DNA from: Azolla caroliniana
Taxonomy: Eukaryota > Plantae > Polypodiophyta
Assembly (NCBI GenBank): GCA_043228905.1
Contig: JBHGNT010000001.1
Location: 4,278,001-4,342,000 of the forward strand
Direction: 5' to 3'
Length of the DNA: 64,000 bases
In this document: piece after piece, positions 14,601-26,389 of the stretch
Layout: each line of letters begins with the position of its first letter
How positions within the stretch are numbered: position 1 is the first letter of the stretch
The notes under the pieces: model-generated
Databases searched by the model: none
What the model saw: the letters and a program-made list of their open reading frames with translations, nothing else
Told to the model about the DNA's origin: nothing
Program-made: the position numbers and the translations under genes

Positions 14601-17600
14601 AATGATTGTGCTGGAAATTTACATTAAATAGGAAACATTGATTATATTTTTGATGCCCAGTTCAATATTTCAGGATCCAATCAAGGCTATTGTTTTCAAT
14701 AGTGGCATTCCAGTTTGCCATGCTTTTGATCCAGAAGCCAAAGATGGACATGATCTTTTAATTGGCATGAACATTGGAGATGGTGTGTACAATTACCTTG
14801 GCCATATATTAAAATATTATTAGCGATGAATTTATGGTTCAGCTCAACAGTAAGCAACCAAAATGCTCTTTTTTCTTCAGTATATTCTGTGTCATTGAGG
14901 CAGCAGCTGCAAGACCCTGGAAAGAAGCTTTTTGGGCCAACACATTACAATAAAGATGGATCCATAAATAATAGGTAATTTTAGAAGTGAAAATAAATAG
15001 AAAAGAAGTCTTATGGAGAGCTGAATGAAAGAAATTTATAAAATTTCATAATTTGATCTATTTTAATATTCCCCTTCTTTTTCCTTTAACATTTGTACAG
15101 TTCTTTGTATCCTGTCTTTCTTATATGGTTCTTGATATTTTGTTCTGGTTTGATGCAGCCGGTGCACCGCTATAGCATGGGTTCCGCAGGGTGATGGTCT
15201 TTTTGTTGTTGCGCATGCTGATGGAAACATTTATGTTTATGATAAAGTAATTCTTCGTTCATGTTATGATTGATAATCTTGCCAATTCCTCTCATTTTTT
15301 GCTTTATTGAGTCCACCTATACTATGGCAGAATAAAGAGGGAAGTGGTGATGCCTCGTTTGCCCCAGTCAAAGAGGTCACACAGTTCCTTGTAGTGCATG
15401 CGAGGTCCAGCAAGGTATTCTTTCCTATTTCTTCTAGTTTAGGTATTCTTTCCTATTTATTTTCCAATTGGATGCTATGCTACATGCACAATGTGTGCAT
15501 ATATTGTTTCTCATATAGATGTAAAATCCTTCCTCAATTGCTATGTGATTACCCATATATTCATGGGTGACAAAACTGAATGCACGGATTTATTTTCACT
15601 TGCTTTTGAGCATCAGTGCTATTAGTCAGGATGCCATTTCTTTTTATCCTTGCTTGTTAGTTTCATGTTTAACTTGATATTGAAAATGAACATACTGAAT
15701 GTGTATGCAGCAGCATTATTGCTTACCTCTTTTCCTCTTTTCATAAGCTTTACTGATCTTAGAAATCATTGAATTAAAAAATTGCCTTTTTATAGAACCA
15801 TTCATTATTCCCCTGTTTCCTACAGTCTGGTAAATTTGTCATAATTGTTGGTAAAAGGGAAGGGTTTTAATAGTTTTATAATAGTAGATATGAAGATAGA
15901 GAATTATTGACCAACTAGAAAGTGAAGAAAATAATTATGCTCCCCACTTGACTGTACCATATCCTCATCATTATAATGGACGCTGAAGAAGAGGTTGGGT
16001 TTGACTCAAGGACAACTCTAACACTAGATGTGTAATCAAGGATTGGACTGCATCGCTCCTCTACAAACTTCATAGATATAAAAAGTTGCCCTAAACGTAG
16101 CAGCCCTTGGACTGATAATGTAATAACTGTAATGTTGGCTTTGTATTCTTCTAGATGTTTAATAAAAAGAAAAACTTGAATAGTCCAAATTTCTAGCAAT
16201 AATGTAAGATTATTTGAAATTCTTGTGGATACTTTAATGGTTCCAAGTTAACTGTGGTATGCAGAGCAATCCACTGGCTAGATGGCACATCTGCCAAGGC
16301 TCGATTAATGGGATTGCATTTTCAGCTGATGGAGTTTTCTTGGCTACTGTTGGAAGAGATGGTATAAAATACTGAATTAATACTTTATCTTCTTTGAGAG
16401 GAATCTGAAAAATATATAATGTGGTACTGCTGGCAGGATACCTTAGAATCTTTGATTTCAAGACAGAACAACTTATATCAGGTGGAAAAAGCTATTTTGG
16501 TGCTCTTTTGTGCTGCTCATGGAGGTAAAATTGGAAGTCCTTGAGGTCTTGTTGAGAGAGCTTCTTATTTGTGGTTGTAAGTTGGAAAATGCATAAAAAT
16601 GTCTCGAACTGGTTTTCCTAATCTGCTGTATTCAGCGTCTGCTCTGCTGGGTCATTTGAACTACTACCTGCAATTTATAGCTTGTCTTTTGCCTGTGTGT
16701 TTGTTTTCAATTTTTGGTTGCTGAAGAGTCAATGTGACTCATGATATTTAAGGCTTGACCATATTGAAGATTAGTTGATGACACCCAATGAACTTTGTGA
16801 TGTTTATGCTTTTTCATTAGAGGTCATAGATAAAGCAGCTCGTTGTTCTGCTGCTTTTGTTCTGATATATATTCAATTGGCCAAGCACAATTTTTTTTTT
16901 CTAGATTCCACAGGTTGTCTCATTCTTTTCCAGCGTGTCATTAACTATACTGTGTTTTGTGTTATTTAGCATGGACAGCAAGTATGTGCTGACAGGAGGT
17001 GAGGATGACCTCGTCCAGGTTTGGAGTATGGAGGATCGTGCTGTTGTTGCTTGGGGGGAAGGACATAATTCTTGGGTAATTGCCACTTCTTGATCATGTC
17101 TAATGTCTAAAAGCATTTCTTTGTTCCTTTTTGTAAGAGCTCTGGAAGTTCACATTTAACACTACGAAAGTATTATGTGAAAACAGAGGTATAGAATACT
17201 TAGCATACAATATGCGTACATATGTATGCTATGTATTTTAAGAGTATTCTACTTTTTTTTTTAACTACTTAGAATACATATTCTAAACATACAATAATAC
17301 CTTAAATACAATATGCTATATTTGTATTGCATCTAACAATAGTTTTTTGTTAAAATTTTGAAATTTAATCAGTTAATTATTTTGTTTTTGGGAAATTAAC
17401 GATACTTGTTAAACATGTAGAATACTTAGAATACGTGAAATACATGAAACATTTTGAGATGGCAGTTCTAAAACATAGAATACATGTTAAATACTTGAGT
17501 TTCCTAAAACATTTTCTATACATAAAATATGCATTTTTTAACAACTATGTGTGCAATTAATAAACCAGTATTTTCCTATTCTTATCAATAATCACTTGCA

Positions 17601-20141
17601 TCACATTTAACAATCGGCAACGGTTTGGTTTGGTTCGAGAGTGTCAAAACTGAACTGTTTAAAAAGTTTGAAACTTGAACTGAACCGAACCACGAAACCA
17701 TTTAAACCAAAACCATTAAAATTGAACCGGTAGAAAAAATGCAAACCGTTAAACCGTTAAAACCGAACCGGTAGAAAAAATGCGGTTTCGTGGTTCGGTT
17801 TTGGTTTTCTACTTAGGTCAAAATTCAAAATTTTAAAATTTTAAAATTTTTCATTATTTCAAATTGTAAAGATTTTCCCCAAAATGTGAGAATTAGGCTT
17901 AAAAATGAAAAGTTTGTTAAAAAAAAAATTCCATTTAAATGGTATTAAACCGCTAGAATCGAACCGAACTGTTCACCCCCCAAACCAAATCAAACTGTTA
18001 AAAAAACTTGAACTTGAACCGAACCAAACCGTTTTGAGCCATTTAAACCATTAAGCTGCAGTTTGGCAATTCGGTTCAGTTCGGTTCAAACCAAACTATC
18101 ACATTTTGGACCAAATTATGTGTTCCAGCACCTTCTATTTCTTGCCATAATGTGTGATGAGGTCCATTCTCATGTTAATGACCTGATGTAAGATGGTGTT
18201 GGGACATCATGGTACCAATATACTAATCACATGGCATCTTCTGTAGGAGAAAATATAACAGTACAAATGATTAAAGAAGATAGGGAATAAATTGTATAGT
18301 GCCAATAAACGAGGTATCATAAAATCTATGACATGTTAGGCATGAGTTATATTGTCAAAGTAAAACTTTGTTTGGACTTTTCGGATGTTGATCTGTGTAG
18401 GCACATGGAAAAGAGACAAATTTGGCTCATAAACTAAAGATAAAATTGTGATGAGGTGGAGCACAGAGAGGGAGGTCTAATTGGAGGGAAGAGATTGCAG
18501 TGATTGTGGTGGCGGGTTAAAGGAAAACCAAAATTATTGCACACCAGAAGAGAGAACATGTTGTGTTTAAGTAGATTTAATTTTATCTCTATGCTGGATC
18601 CAGACATGAGCTATCTTGTAAAAGTACTTTGTTTGGAAATTTAGCATGTTGATCTGTGTAAGCACGCAGACAAGAGGTAAATTTGGCTCATAAACTACAG
18701 ATAAGGTGGAATGAGGGCAAAGTTATTGCAAACCAGAAGAGAGAAAACTTTGTGTTTAACTAGATTTAATAGTATCTCTATGCTGGATCTAGGCATGGCT
18801 ATCTTGTAAAAGTTAAACTTTGTTTGGAAATTTGGGATATTGATCTGTGTAAGCACGTGGACAAGAGGCAAATCTGACACATAAACTAGAGATAAGATGG
18901 AGTGAGAGGTGAAGCACAGAGTGGGAGGTTTCATTACGGAAAGAGATTGCATTGATTGTGGTGCTGAGGGAAAAGAAAGGTTAAGAAAATGATCTCATGT
19001 TGTGTTTCACTAGATTTAATTTTATATCTATGCTGGATCACATATTTGAATTTGGATCAGCATGTTAAACTACATGTATTTGGCTTACGTGCTATTTGAT
19101 TAATATCTCTCACCATGCACTTCGATCTTTGGTTTTATAGGAGGCTATGTTTGATGAATCTGATTCTATGCTTTGTATGGCAGGTTAGTGGGGTTGCATT
19201 TGATCCTTTCTGGAAGCCTCCTGCTTCAGATGATACTGCTGATGCTGTAATGTATCGGTTTGGATCTGTTGGACAGGTACTTCTACATAAAATTTATTGG
19301 TTTGGATTCTCTACTTCAGAAGGAAGAAAATTGATCTCTTTGTGGTACCTAACTTAATATTTATGCATGAAATAATAGGGTCATGATAAAATGCCACAAC
19401 ATTTTAAGAATGTAGTGGAGGACACTTTCTACTAATAATTTGCACAAATTATTCATGCTTTAACTTTAACAACTTTAAATGGTAACCTGTTGCATGCTTA
19501 ACACAATCACAGTAACCCAATGAAATGACAAAGGTCGCAAAAACTTTACATAAACATATTTATAGATAAATTAGAGTCAAATTTGGAATGTTACCTGTGG
19601 TTGAAATAGTTTATGTATAAAATTTGGAACTTCACATTTGAATGTTACATTTTATATATTAGACTGATGCGCTTTCTACAGTATGGATGTTATTCATTCA
19701 CATCTTTCGAATATGCAGGATACACAACTTCTACTTTGGGATCTCTCCATGGATGAAGTGGTGATGCCACTTCGACGATTAGCCCCATCGGGAGGTTCTC
19801 CCACATTTGGTAGTGGAAAAAGTGGGCAGTCAGTGCATTGGGAGAATGCCCAACATCTGGATGGTGGTGTTTTACAACCCCCACCTGTAAGAAGAGAGGT
19901 TCCTAAGCTTGCACCTGTGGTATCTCATCGTGTCCATGCCGAGCCATTATCGGGAATTGTCTTTACCAAAAGTTCTATCCTAACAGTTTGTCATGAAGGA
20001 CTAATAAAAGTGTGGACAAGGCCCCACAACGTGGTTGAAAGTCTTGATAATGCAACTGATAATTCAAAGGATAGCAACTGCACCTCGACAATGACAACTA
20101 CTAGCAACAGCAATTTGGGTAGTGCAAATAGTAAACATTGA
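11615..20141 (+). CDS. WD40-repeat protein, WDR20/DMWD/CreC-like, 11 exons, ~550 aa
   Basis: Exons 11615-11767, 14215-14532, 14674-14782, 14881-14974, 15159-15246, 15331-15414, 16265-16361, 16437-16524, 16970-17075, 19184-19276, 19719-20141 (1653 nt, in frame). Motifs: FKTPEGRY, NPLARWHICQGSIN, GGKSYFGALLCCSWSMDSKYVLTGGEDDLVQVW, GHNSWVSGVAFD, YRFGSVGQDTQLLLWDL. Confidence 0.93.
13955..14130. repeat. Near-identical ~90-bp tandem duplication in WD40 intron 1
   Basis: attaatcatatttgtttggttaattaattgattaagagagtttggttctaa...tttcatg(g/a)ccaatg twice in tandem. Confidence 0.9.
17609..18097. mobile_element. AACCG/CGGTT-rich non-autonomous element in a WD40 intron
   Basis: Dense aaccgaac/ggttcggtt motifs in both orientations; 9-bp direct repeat atcacattt at 17600-17608 and 18098-18106 (candidate TSD); TIRs not clean. 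Confidence 0.55.
18350..19045. repeat. Three diverged ~200-260 bp tandem units in a WD40 intron
   Basis: actttgtttgga...ttgatctgtgta.gcac...aaat.tg.c.cataaacta repeated at ~18364, ~18626 and ~18818. Confidence 0.8.
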
Positions 20142-22269
20142 TGTGTTTGCTATGCTTAACACAAGGTAAGCTTAGAAGGATATTAGACTGTTTTGCTTTG
20201 TCTGGAGTTCTGCTTTTATCCCCCCCTTCTCTGTCTCTCAATAAGTCCAGCAAATAAGAGTTATGATTAGGTGAGGGCGAGTGTTAGGTGTTCAAGTTTT
20301 AAGGGTTGGGGTTTAGTTGAGGGCGAGGGCTAGCATCAGGGTTAGGGTTTACCTTTTCCCGGGGTTGGATTTAGGGTTCAAGATTAGAACTGACCTTTGT
20401 GTTTCTTGGTAACTCAGGCATAGGCTGCTGCGTCCATGTGTGGACACGGAAATAGTTGCTCTTCACAAGACATGATGCAATATCACACAACTTGGCTTTG
20501 CAGTCATATGTCACATTGATAGGGGATTATTGAGATTAATTTTCTGGCTTTGTATACAGTGTGCCATCGTGATATATATAAGAAAAAAGGCGATTATGGC
20601 CCTCTTTGGGGGTGATCATTGCTGCTATATTTTTTGTTCTCTGTATTGGGAGGGATCTTCTTGAATGGTTTTATTATTATTATTCACTTCGTATGAGGCA
20701 ACAAAAATGGTCACAAATAAATCTGAACAGCTTCACACAAGAAGCCCTTGTGGTGAGGTTTGTTATGTAAACAAACACTAAGCTCATGACTACAGCTGTG
20801 GTTAATCATGTTCTTCAAAATCTTGAGGAGGTCCATTTTCCGTAAGTAACATGCTCCTTTTATGTTGTCTTAATTTATGGTGGCAATAAATAGAAATCAT
20901 GAACATTCTCGAGTATTGAATACACGATAAATGAATCTATAAATGTGGCATAAAAACCTTGTAGCATGTGTGCTTATGTGTGTCTTACTGCATATGGATA
21001 ATGGTTGATTTATGAATAGATGAAATATTCTGAATGGAAACTTTCATTGTTTTGCAAAACTTGAGATCGTTCGTATCAGGTTTGTAAATTGATTTCTTTA
21101 AAAAATATATGAATGTGGTCTTACTATGACATGATAAGGACCTTACGACATTTGGTCGACAATTTTGTATGTAATGAATATGGATAGGAATCCAATTTGG
21201 ATAATGCAATGTTGGATATGTAAGGATCCACTTGATCACAATGCTAGAAGTGAATAGATGAACTAAAACTTATATTGCAAAGAAAAGGTGATTAGAATTA
21301 CATATTTGACTTGATAAGACTGTTCTATTTGTTATTAAGTAGTTAGTACAAATGTTTGAGTTGATATATGCCATTTTTATTTGTTCACCATTGTTTGAGG
21401 ACCACTTGTATAATTGTTGTGATTGTATCACTAAATATTATTTTGCTGTTTCCTCTGTGGTTATATTAATCTTTGCAGCATGTATACAGCTGTAGAATAG
21501 TATGCTATGCCATCAATCAATATTGTAGTTTGTTGACATTTTATAACTACTCTCTACACTTCCTAGGAGTAGCGTGTCTACTAGTTTTAGCATAGTGGTG
21601 TATGCTTCACTTGGATTGATAATATCATAGTCTTGTATAAGAGGTCAACATTGCATTTCTATAAGAGGTCATGTGATTACCATTCTTCCACTGTTTTCTC
21701 TTTGATTTCTTATGGTGACCTTCACCTGGGCAATTTGACTACCTTGCAATGCAAGTGCTCAAACAATAAGTGTTTTCCATCACCCCAATGATGTTAATAT
21801 TCCATAGTTTGTAATGAATTGTCACCATCTTTCTTTTGTCTCGCCTCTCAGTCAAGTGAACCTTTGTAATTATCCTTGAGACTCCCATGCATTGTTACAA
21901 TCATGCTTGTAATAGGGTGGCTTAACCATTAAGTCTCAACTTTGAGTAGTTGCCCTTCTTGTACCACCCTTCCCAATTGAATGTTTAGAGATATTGGTTG
22001 GATAATAGTAATTATGTATTGTGGATTATCAATGTTGTTAATTGCAACCTTGTTATGCTTTCCATGTAAGCTTCGCAATAAGAGGATGAAGTCAATCTCA
22101 AATAACAATCAAGCTTCATAGTCATCGATTACATATAATGTAGGTTTACATGTCACAACAATGGTAGGTTTAGAAGGTTGTTAGGTCTCCTTCGACATGT
22201 GAAGTCACTTTCCAAATTTGATACATTGGTTAGAGTCTTGCCCATCACAATTTGTAGAATTAGCCGTTG

Positions 22270-22871
22270 GATAACCAATCATGTACTTCCTTGTCCAAAA
22301 AGTGATCAAATTCTATTTCTATAACAAACAAGCACTCTATTTGTCACTTGTTTTGTAATGCCCAAAAGACTCATGTCGGATGGAAATCAATATTCATGCT
22401 CTAAGGACAAAGGGAGCTTGATTGCAAGACCCAGGAATCGACCACAAATTAAAGTTGGCCTTACTAGTCCAAGGTGCGGAGTTGAAGGGCCATCACTTAA
22501 CAAATACAAAATTTGAAAGATAACCAAGAAGTGAAAAAGAAATAGGAAGGTGCGGAGTTGAAGGGCCATCACTTAACAAATACAAAATTTGAAAGATAAC
22601 CAATCATGTACTTCCTTGTCCAAAAAGTGATCAAATTCTATTTCTATAACAAACAAGCACTCTATTTGTCACTTGTTTTGTAATGCCCAAAAGACTCATG
22701 TCGGATGGAAATCAATATTCGTGCTCTAAGGACAAAGGGAGCTTGATTGCAAGACCCAGGAATCGACCACAAATTAAAGTTGGCCTTACTGGTCCAAGGT
22801 GCGGAGTTGAAGGGCCATCACTTAACAAATACAAAATTTGAAAGATAACCAAGAAGTGAAAAAGAAATAGG
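22270..22871. repeat. Recent 325-bp-period tandem duplication with a triplicated ~50-bp sub-block
   Basis: gataaccaatcatgtacttcc at 22270 and 22595, nearly identical; aaggtgcggagttgaagggccatcacttaacaaatac present three times. Confidence 0.9.
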
Positions 22872-23048
22872 CAAATTTTGAGGTGATTTATTTTTGCTAA
22901 TCGCACCTCACACAGTGTATCGAATGTTTCACATATAACTTAAATTAAGGGCTTAACTCATAATTAAATATGTAGAAAAAGCAATTCGTTTAATTCTAAG
23001 TTACACTCAAGTATTAAAACGCAACCTTTTGAGCTATTTTAAGATCTT

Positions 23049-24855
23049 TTTTTTCCACAAAAAAAAACACTACTTCGCATTAGTTAGCAAACAAATTACA
23101 TCGAAGATCACCAAAAATTCCTCTCATCCAACCCTCACTCTGGCCTTCCCACCAAAGTGGACATAGTCCCCACCTCATTTTCAACAAAAGTATCCAAATA
23201 ACACCTATAACCTAGTAATTTGTACCATATCTATATGTACATATTTACAACACCTAGTCATTGATGGAAACCATTGGGGGAAACAACCACCGGGGGGCTT
23301 GGTAGTTCCATTGAGGCCCTGATGATGATCTGCCCACCATAGGAGAACTACCCCATTTTAGCAAGAACTTTGATCGAGTTCTTTCAGTTGCATCAGATTC
23401 CCCCTTAATCGAGTCGCATCGTCCCCGTAGCCAAGATACCAACTCAAACTAGATATTTAATAACCCCTCACCGCTAGGGATCTTTTGTTGTTGAAAAACA
23501 AACTTACAACGCCTGGTCCAAATGTGCCAGACCAATAAACAAGCCACCATTATCCATATCTCTTCAAAAAATTCTGAGTTAGTGCCAGGTCGAACTCCAA
23601 CCCATTGAAACACCTTGCCACCTTGCACTATAAATCCATGACCGTGGGGGTTTAACTGTTCAACCTAGCCTTCCTCTGTTAACTTCAGCCCCTGTACGGA
23701 TCCCCATACAACTCTCCGATTCACGCCACATGCTGCCACTATCCTGAGACTTCTATCCCAAATGTTAATAGCCTCTCTGCAATTCCAAAAACAATGAGGA
23801 ATTGATTCCAAAGGGTGTCCACAAATCTTGCAACCAACCTCACCACCACGACACCTAAGCCACTCCCCCACCGGTATTGCTTTGTGACCAAGAAGCCACA
23901 ACCAAAGCTTTATTTTTTCCGGCATATCGAAGGCCCATAGCCTCCTCCAAAACGACTTCAACAAGTCATAAAAAATGCCTTTATCCTTCCAACTATTGCG
24001 AGTTAGAGCAGCACCCATTGATTTGGAGCCAATGATTTGCCTTCCTAGCTTAGTAGTGTACTCGAAAAACCGTTCCAGTTTGTCCGTTCCCGGTTTTTGC
24101 CACCACACCTCTAGTGGATCCCAATCCAAATCACATTAGGACTTGTTGTCAACTATCCAAAGCTTACAATCAGATTCTAGCTTCCATGGGTCCGGGTTTA
24201 CTTGTCAATTCTTACCTTCCAACACTACCACTCGCACTACCAACCACTGGCCATTGTCTGCCACAACACTTAGGTTGCCCCACAAACGATACTCATTAGA
24301 TGGGCACCTGCCTCGGATAATTTGTGCATCGCCCTCACCTACAAACCACCCAAACCAGACCCCCTCTTCTTCATTTAGCTTAGCTAGACCATCAACAACC
24401 TTATCTATCAAATGGGTCACCTTTTCCAGCCTGCCAGTAAACCTAGGACTACCAACCAGACCCTCCCTTCTTTTCCTTTAGAAATCCTCCTAGTCTCTTA
24501 CTGAACTAACATTGTACCCTACCATTTGCCCCCATGGCAAGCATTTTTTCTGGCCAAGCATCATACCGTCATCATTTCTAATCCTGGGGTTCCAAAACAG
24601 TGGTTGACGGAGTTGTTCCTCCATCGTTTTTGGCTGCATTAAGACCAACCCCTCTCTTAAACTTGACCAGGTCCTCATTATGGTGCGGGCCACCCTATCC
24701 TCCATGCTAGTAGGTTCTTTTAACTTTAGGCCTGGACTGAACAACCACCACTTCTTTGCCTTCCAAGGGCCGCCATTCCTCAGACACCAGAGTTTAGTTC
24801 TGTCTCTAAGAAGCAATTTCCACAATTCTGGTCCAGGTTGGAGACTTCGCACCAG
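23049..24855 (-). mobile_element. 5'-truncated L1-like LINE (zf-RVT and C-terminus), 18-bp TSD
   Basis: TSD gagctattttaagatctt at 23031-23048 and 24856-24873; T-run at the left end is the poly(A); KIKLWLWLLGHKAIPVG..CKICGHPLESIPHCFWNC; terminal WNYQAPRWLFPP. Confidence 0.9.
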
Positions 24856-26311
24856 GAGCTATTTTAAGATCTTACGTAATAATACCTATAAATTATCCTC
24901 AATAAGGTTTAATGTCCTAGTTTTACCTATTAATGACACACAATGTTGGTCGATGTGTTAGCTTCTTCATACTTGATGAGTAAGTTTAGTTCTTTAACAT
25001 CTAGTGAATGTTTGCAGTTTTTCTCACAATCATCTTTATTATTTCATGAAATGTGAAGGTTTAAACATTTAAATAGGATGCATACTATTATCTCAATTTT
25101 CAAGAGTTGGGGGGTGGGCGTTGTTCAAACCTTACAAGTGCACCCAAGCGTTTGAGAGATGTTTTTAGATGTATCAGATGAGATGTCTAAATATCCCTTT
25201 ACACGCAATGTGTTTTTGCTATTTCGTTTTAAATAAGAGCATTCAAGTCTATCTATACATGCCAATGGGGGCAAGTGGCATTGCCATCGATGATAACTTG
25301 CACATCTTCAAACCATATTCTCCAGGATTAAAATATTTCAAAGTTAACCAATTATTCAAAGAGTGTAGACAAAGGTTCCATTTTGGGTTATTGACTTTGG
25401 AACACATCTCCATTCAAGGGAGAAACTAAAACTAAAGGTTTGTCATATTGTGAGATAACTTCTTGTGCAATTAACATGCAACAATATTATGGAAATCAAA
25501 CCCATAATAAGTGGATATAAGCAATTCAAGTGCTATAGCAAAAATAACTAGACATATAGTTTCGATGCACGAAAACCAAGAAGGATACTCTTCTCCCCCA
25601 TATTTGGGTTTTGCTAAAGAATGACGCTCAGTGAAGTTTTGGCCACTAGTTAGTTTGGTTTTCAGATTGTAGATAGCCACATTGGTAAAGCCAATAGAAT
25701 GGCCATTACTACTCATGGTGTTAGAAAACTTCTTTATGGTGCACTATGTAGCATATATTTAACCAACCGAGCTCGATAGTTTCTTTTTTGCTAGTGGGAA
25801 TGTTAATCCTATGGCTACGCTTAATATTCAATATATGTAGATAAATCATTTCATCAATTTTCAAGTTACACATGTACATATTAGGCATGCCCTTCATTTT
25901 GAAAATAAACATAATTCGCTTGGATGGTAAAATCTATGTAAATTACTAAGCTTTGCAATATAAAATAACTTATGTATAGTTTCTCTAATGGAGTTATGCA
26001 ATATTCCATATAGATAGTTTTGAGTGAATGAATGCTAGCAATATGTATATATTGGCTTCATGTAGGTCTTTTAGGAGTTTCAAATGCCTTTCATCAGGGG
26101 TCAAGGCTTAAAACTAGCCAATCCCATGAAGAGATGAAGAATGGAATTTTTTGTAACGCCCTAGGAGGGAATTACAAAAAAATATGAAAATTGTCTTTGA
26201 AACATTCATTCTTGAATCATGACTATGCAAAATGTAGGCCAACTATGTGGCAAAAGAGGAGAAAACACTATCCTACAAACATTGTTGGAATTATTTTATG
26301 TTATATTGCTG

Positions 26312-26319
26312 TATAAAAG
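26312..26319 (+). promoter_or_regulatory. Candidate TATA box of GDSL-1
   Basis: TATAAAAG ~75 nt upstream of the ATG at 26390. Confidence 0.45.
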
Positions 26320-26389
26320 GCCATATACTAAAAAATGTTTTCAGAGCAATGATCTTTTGTTCGAGATAACATTAGAAGATAAAAAAACT

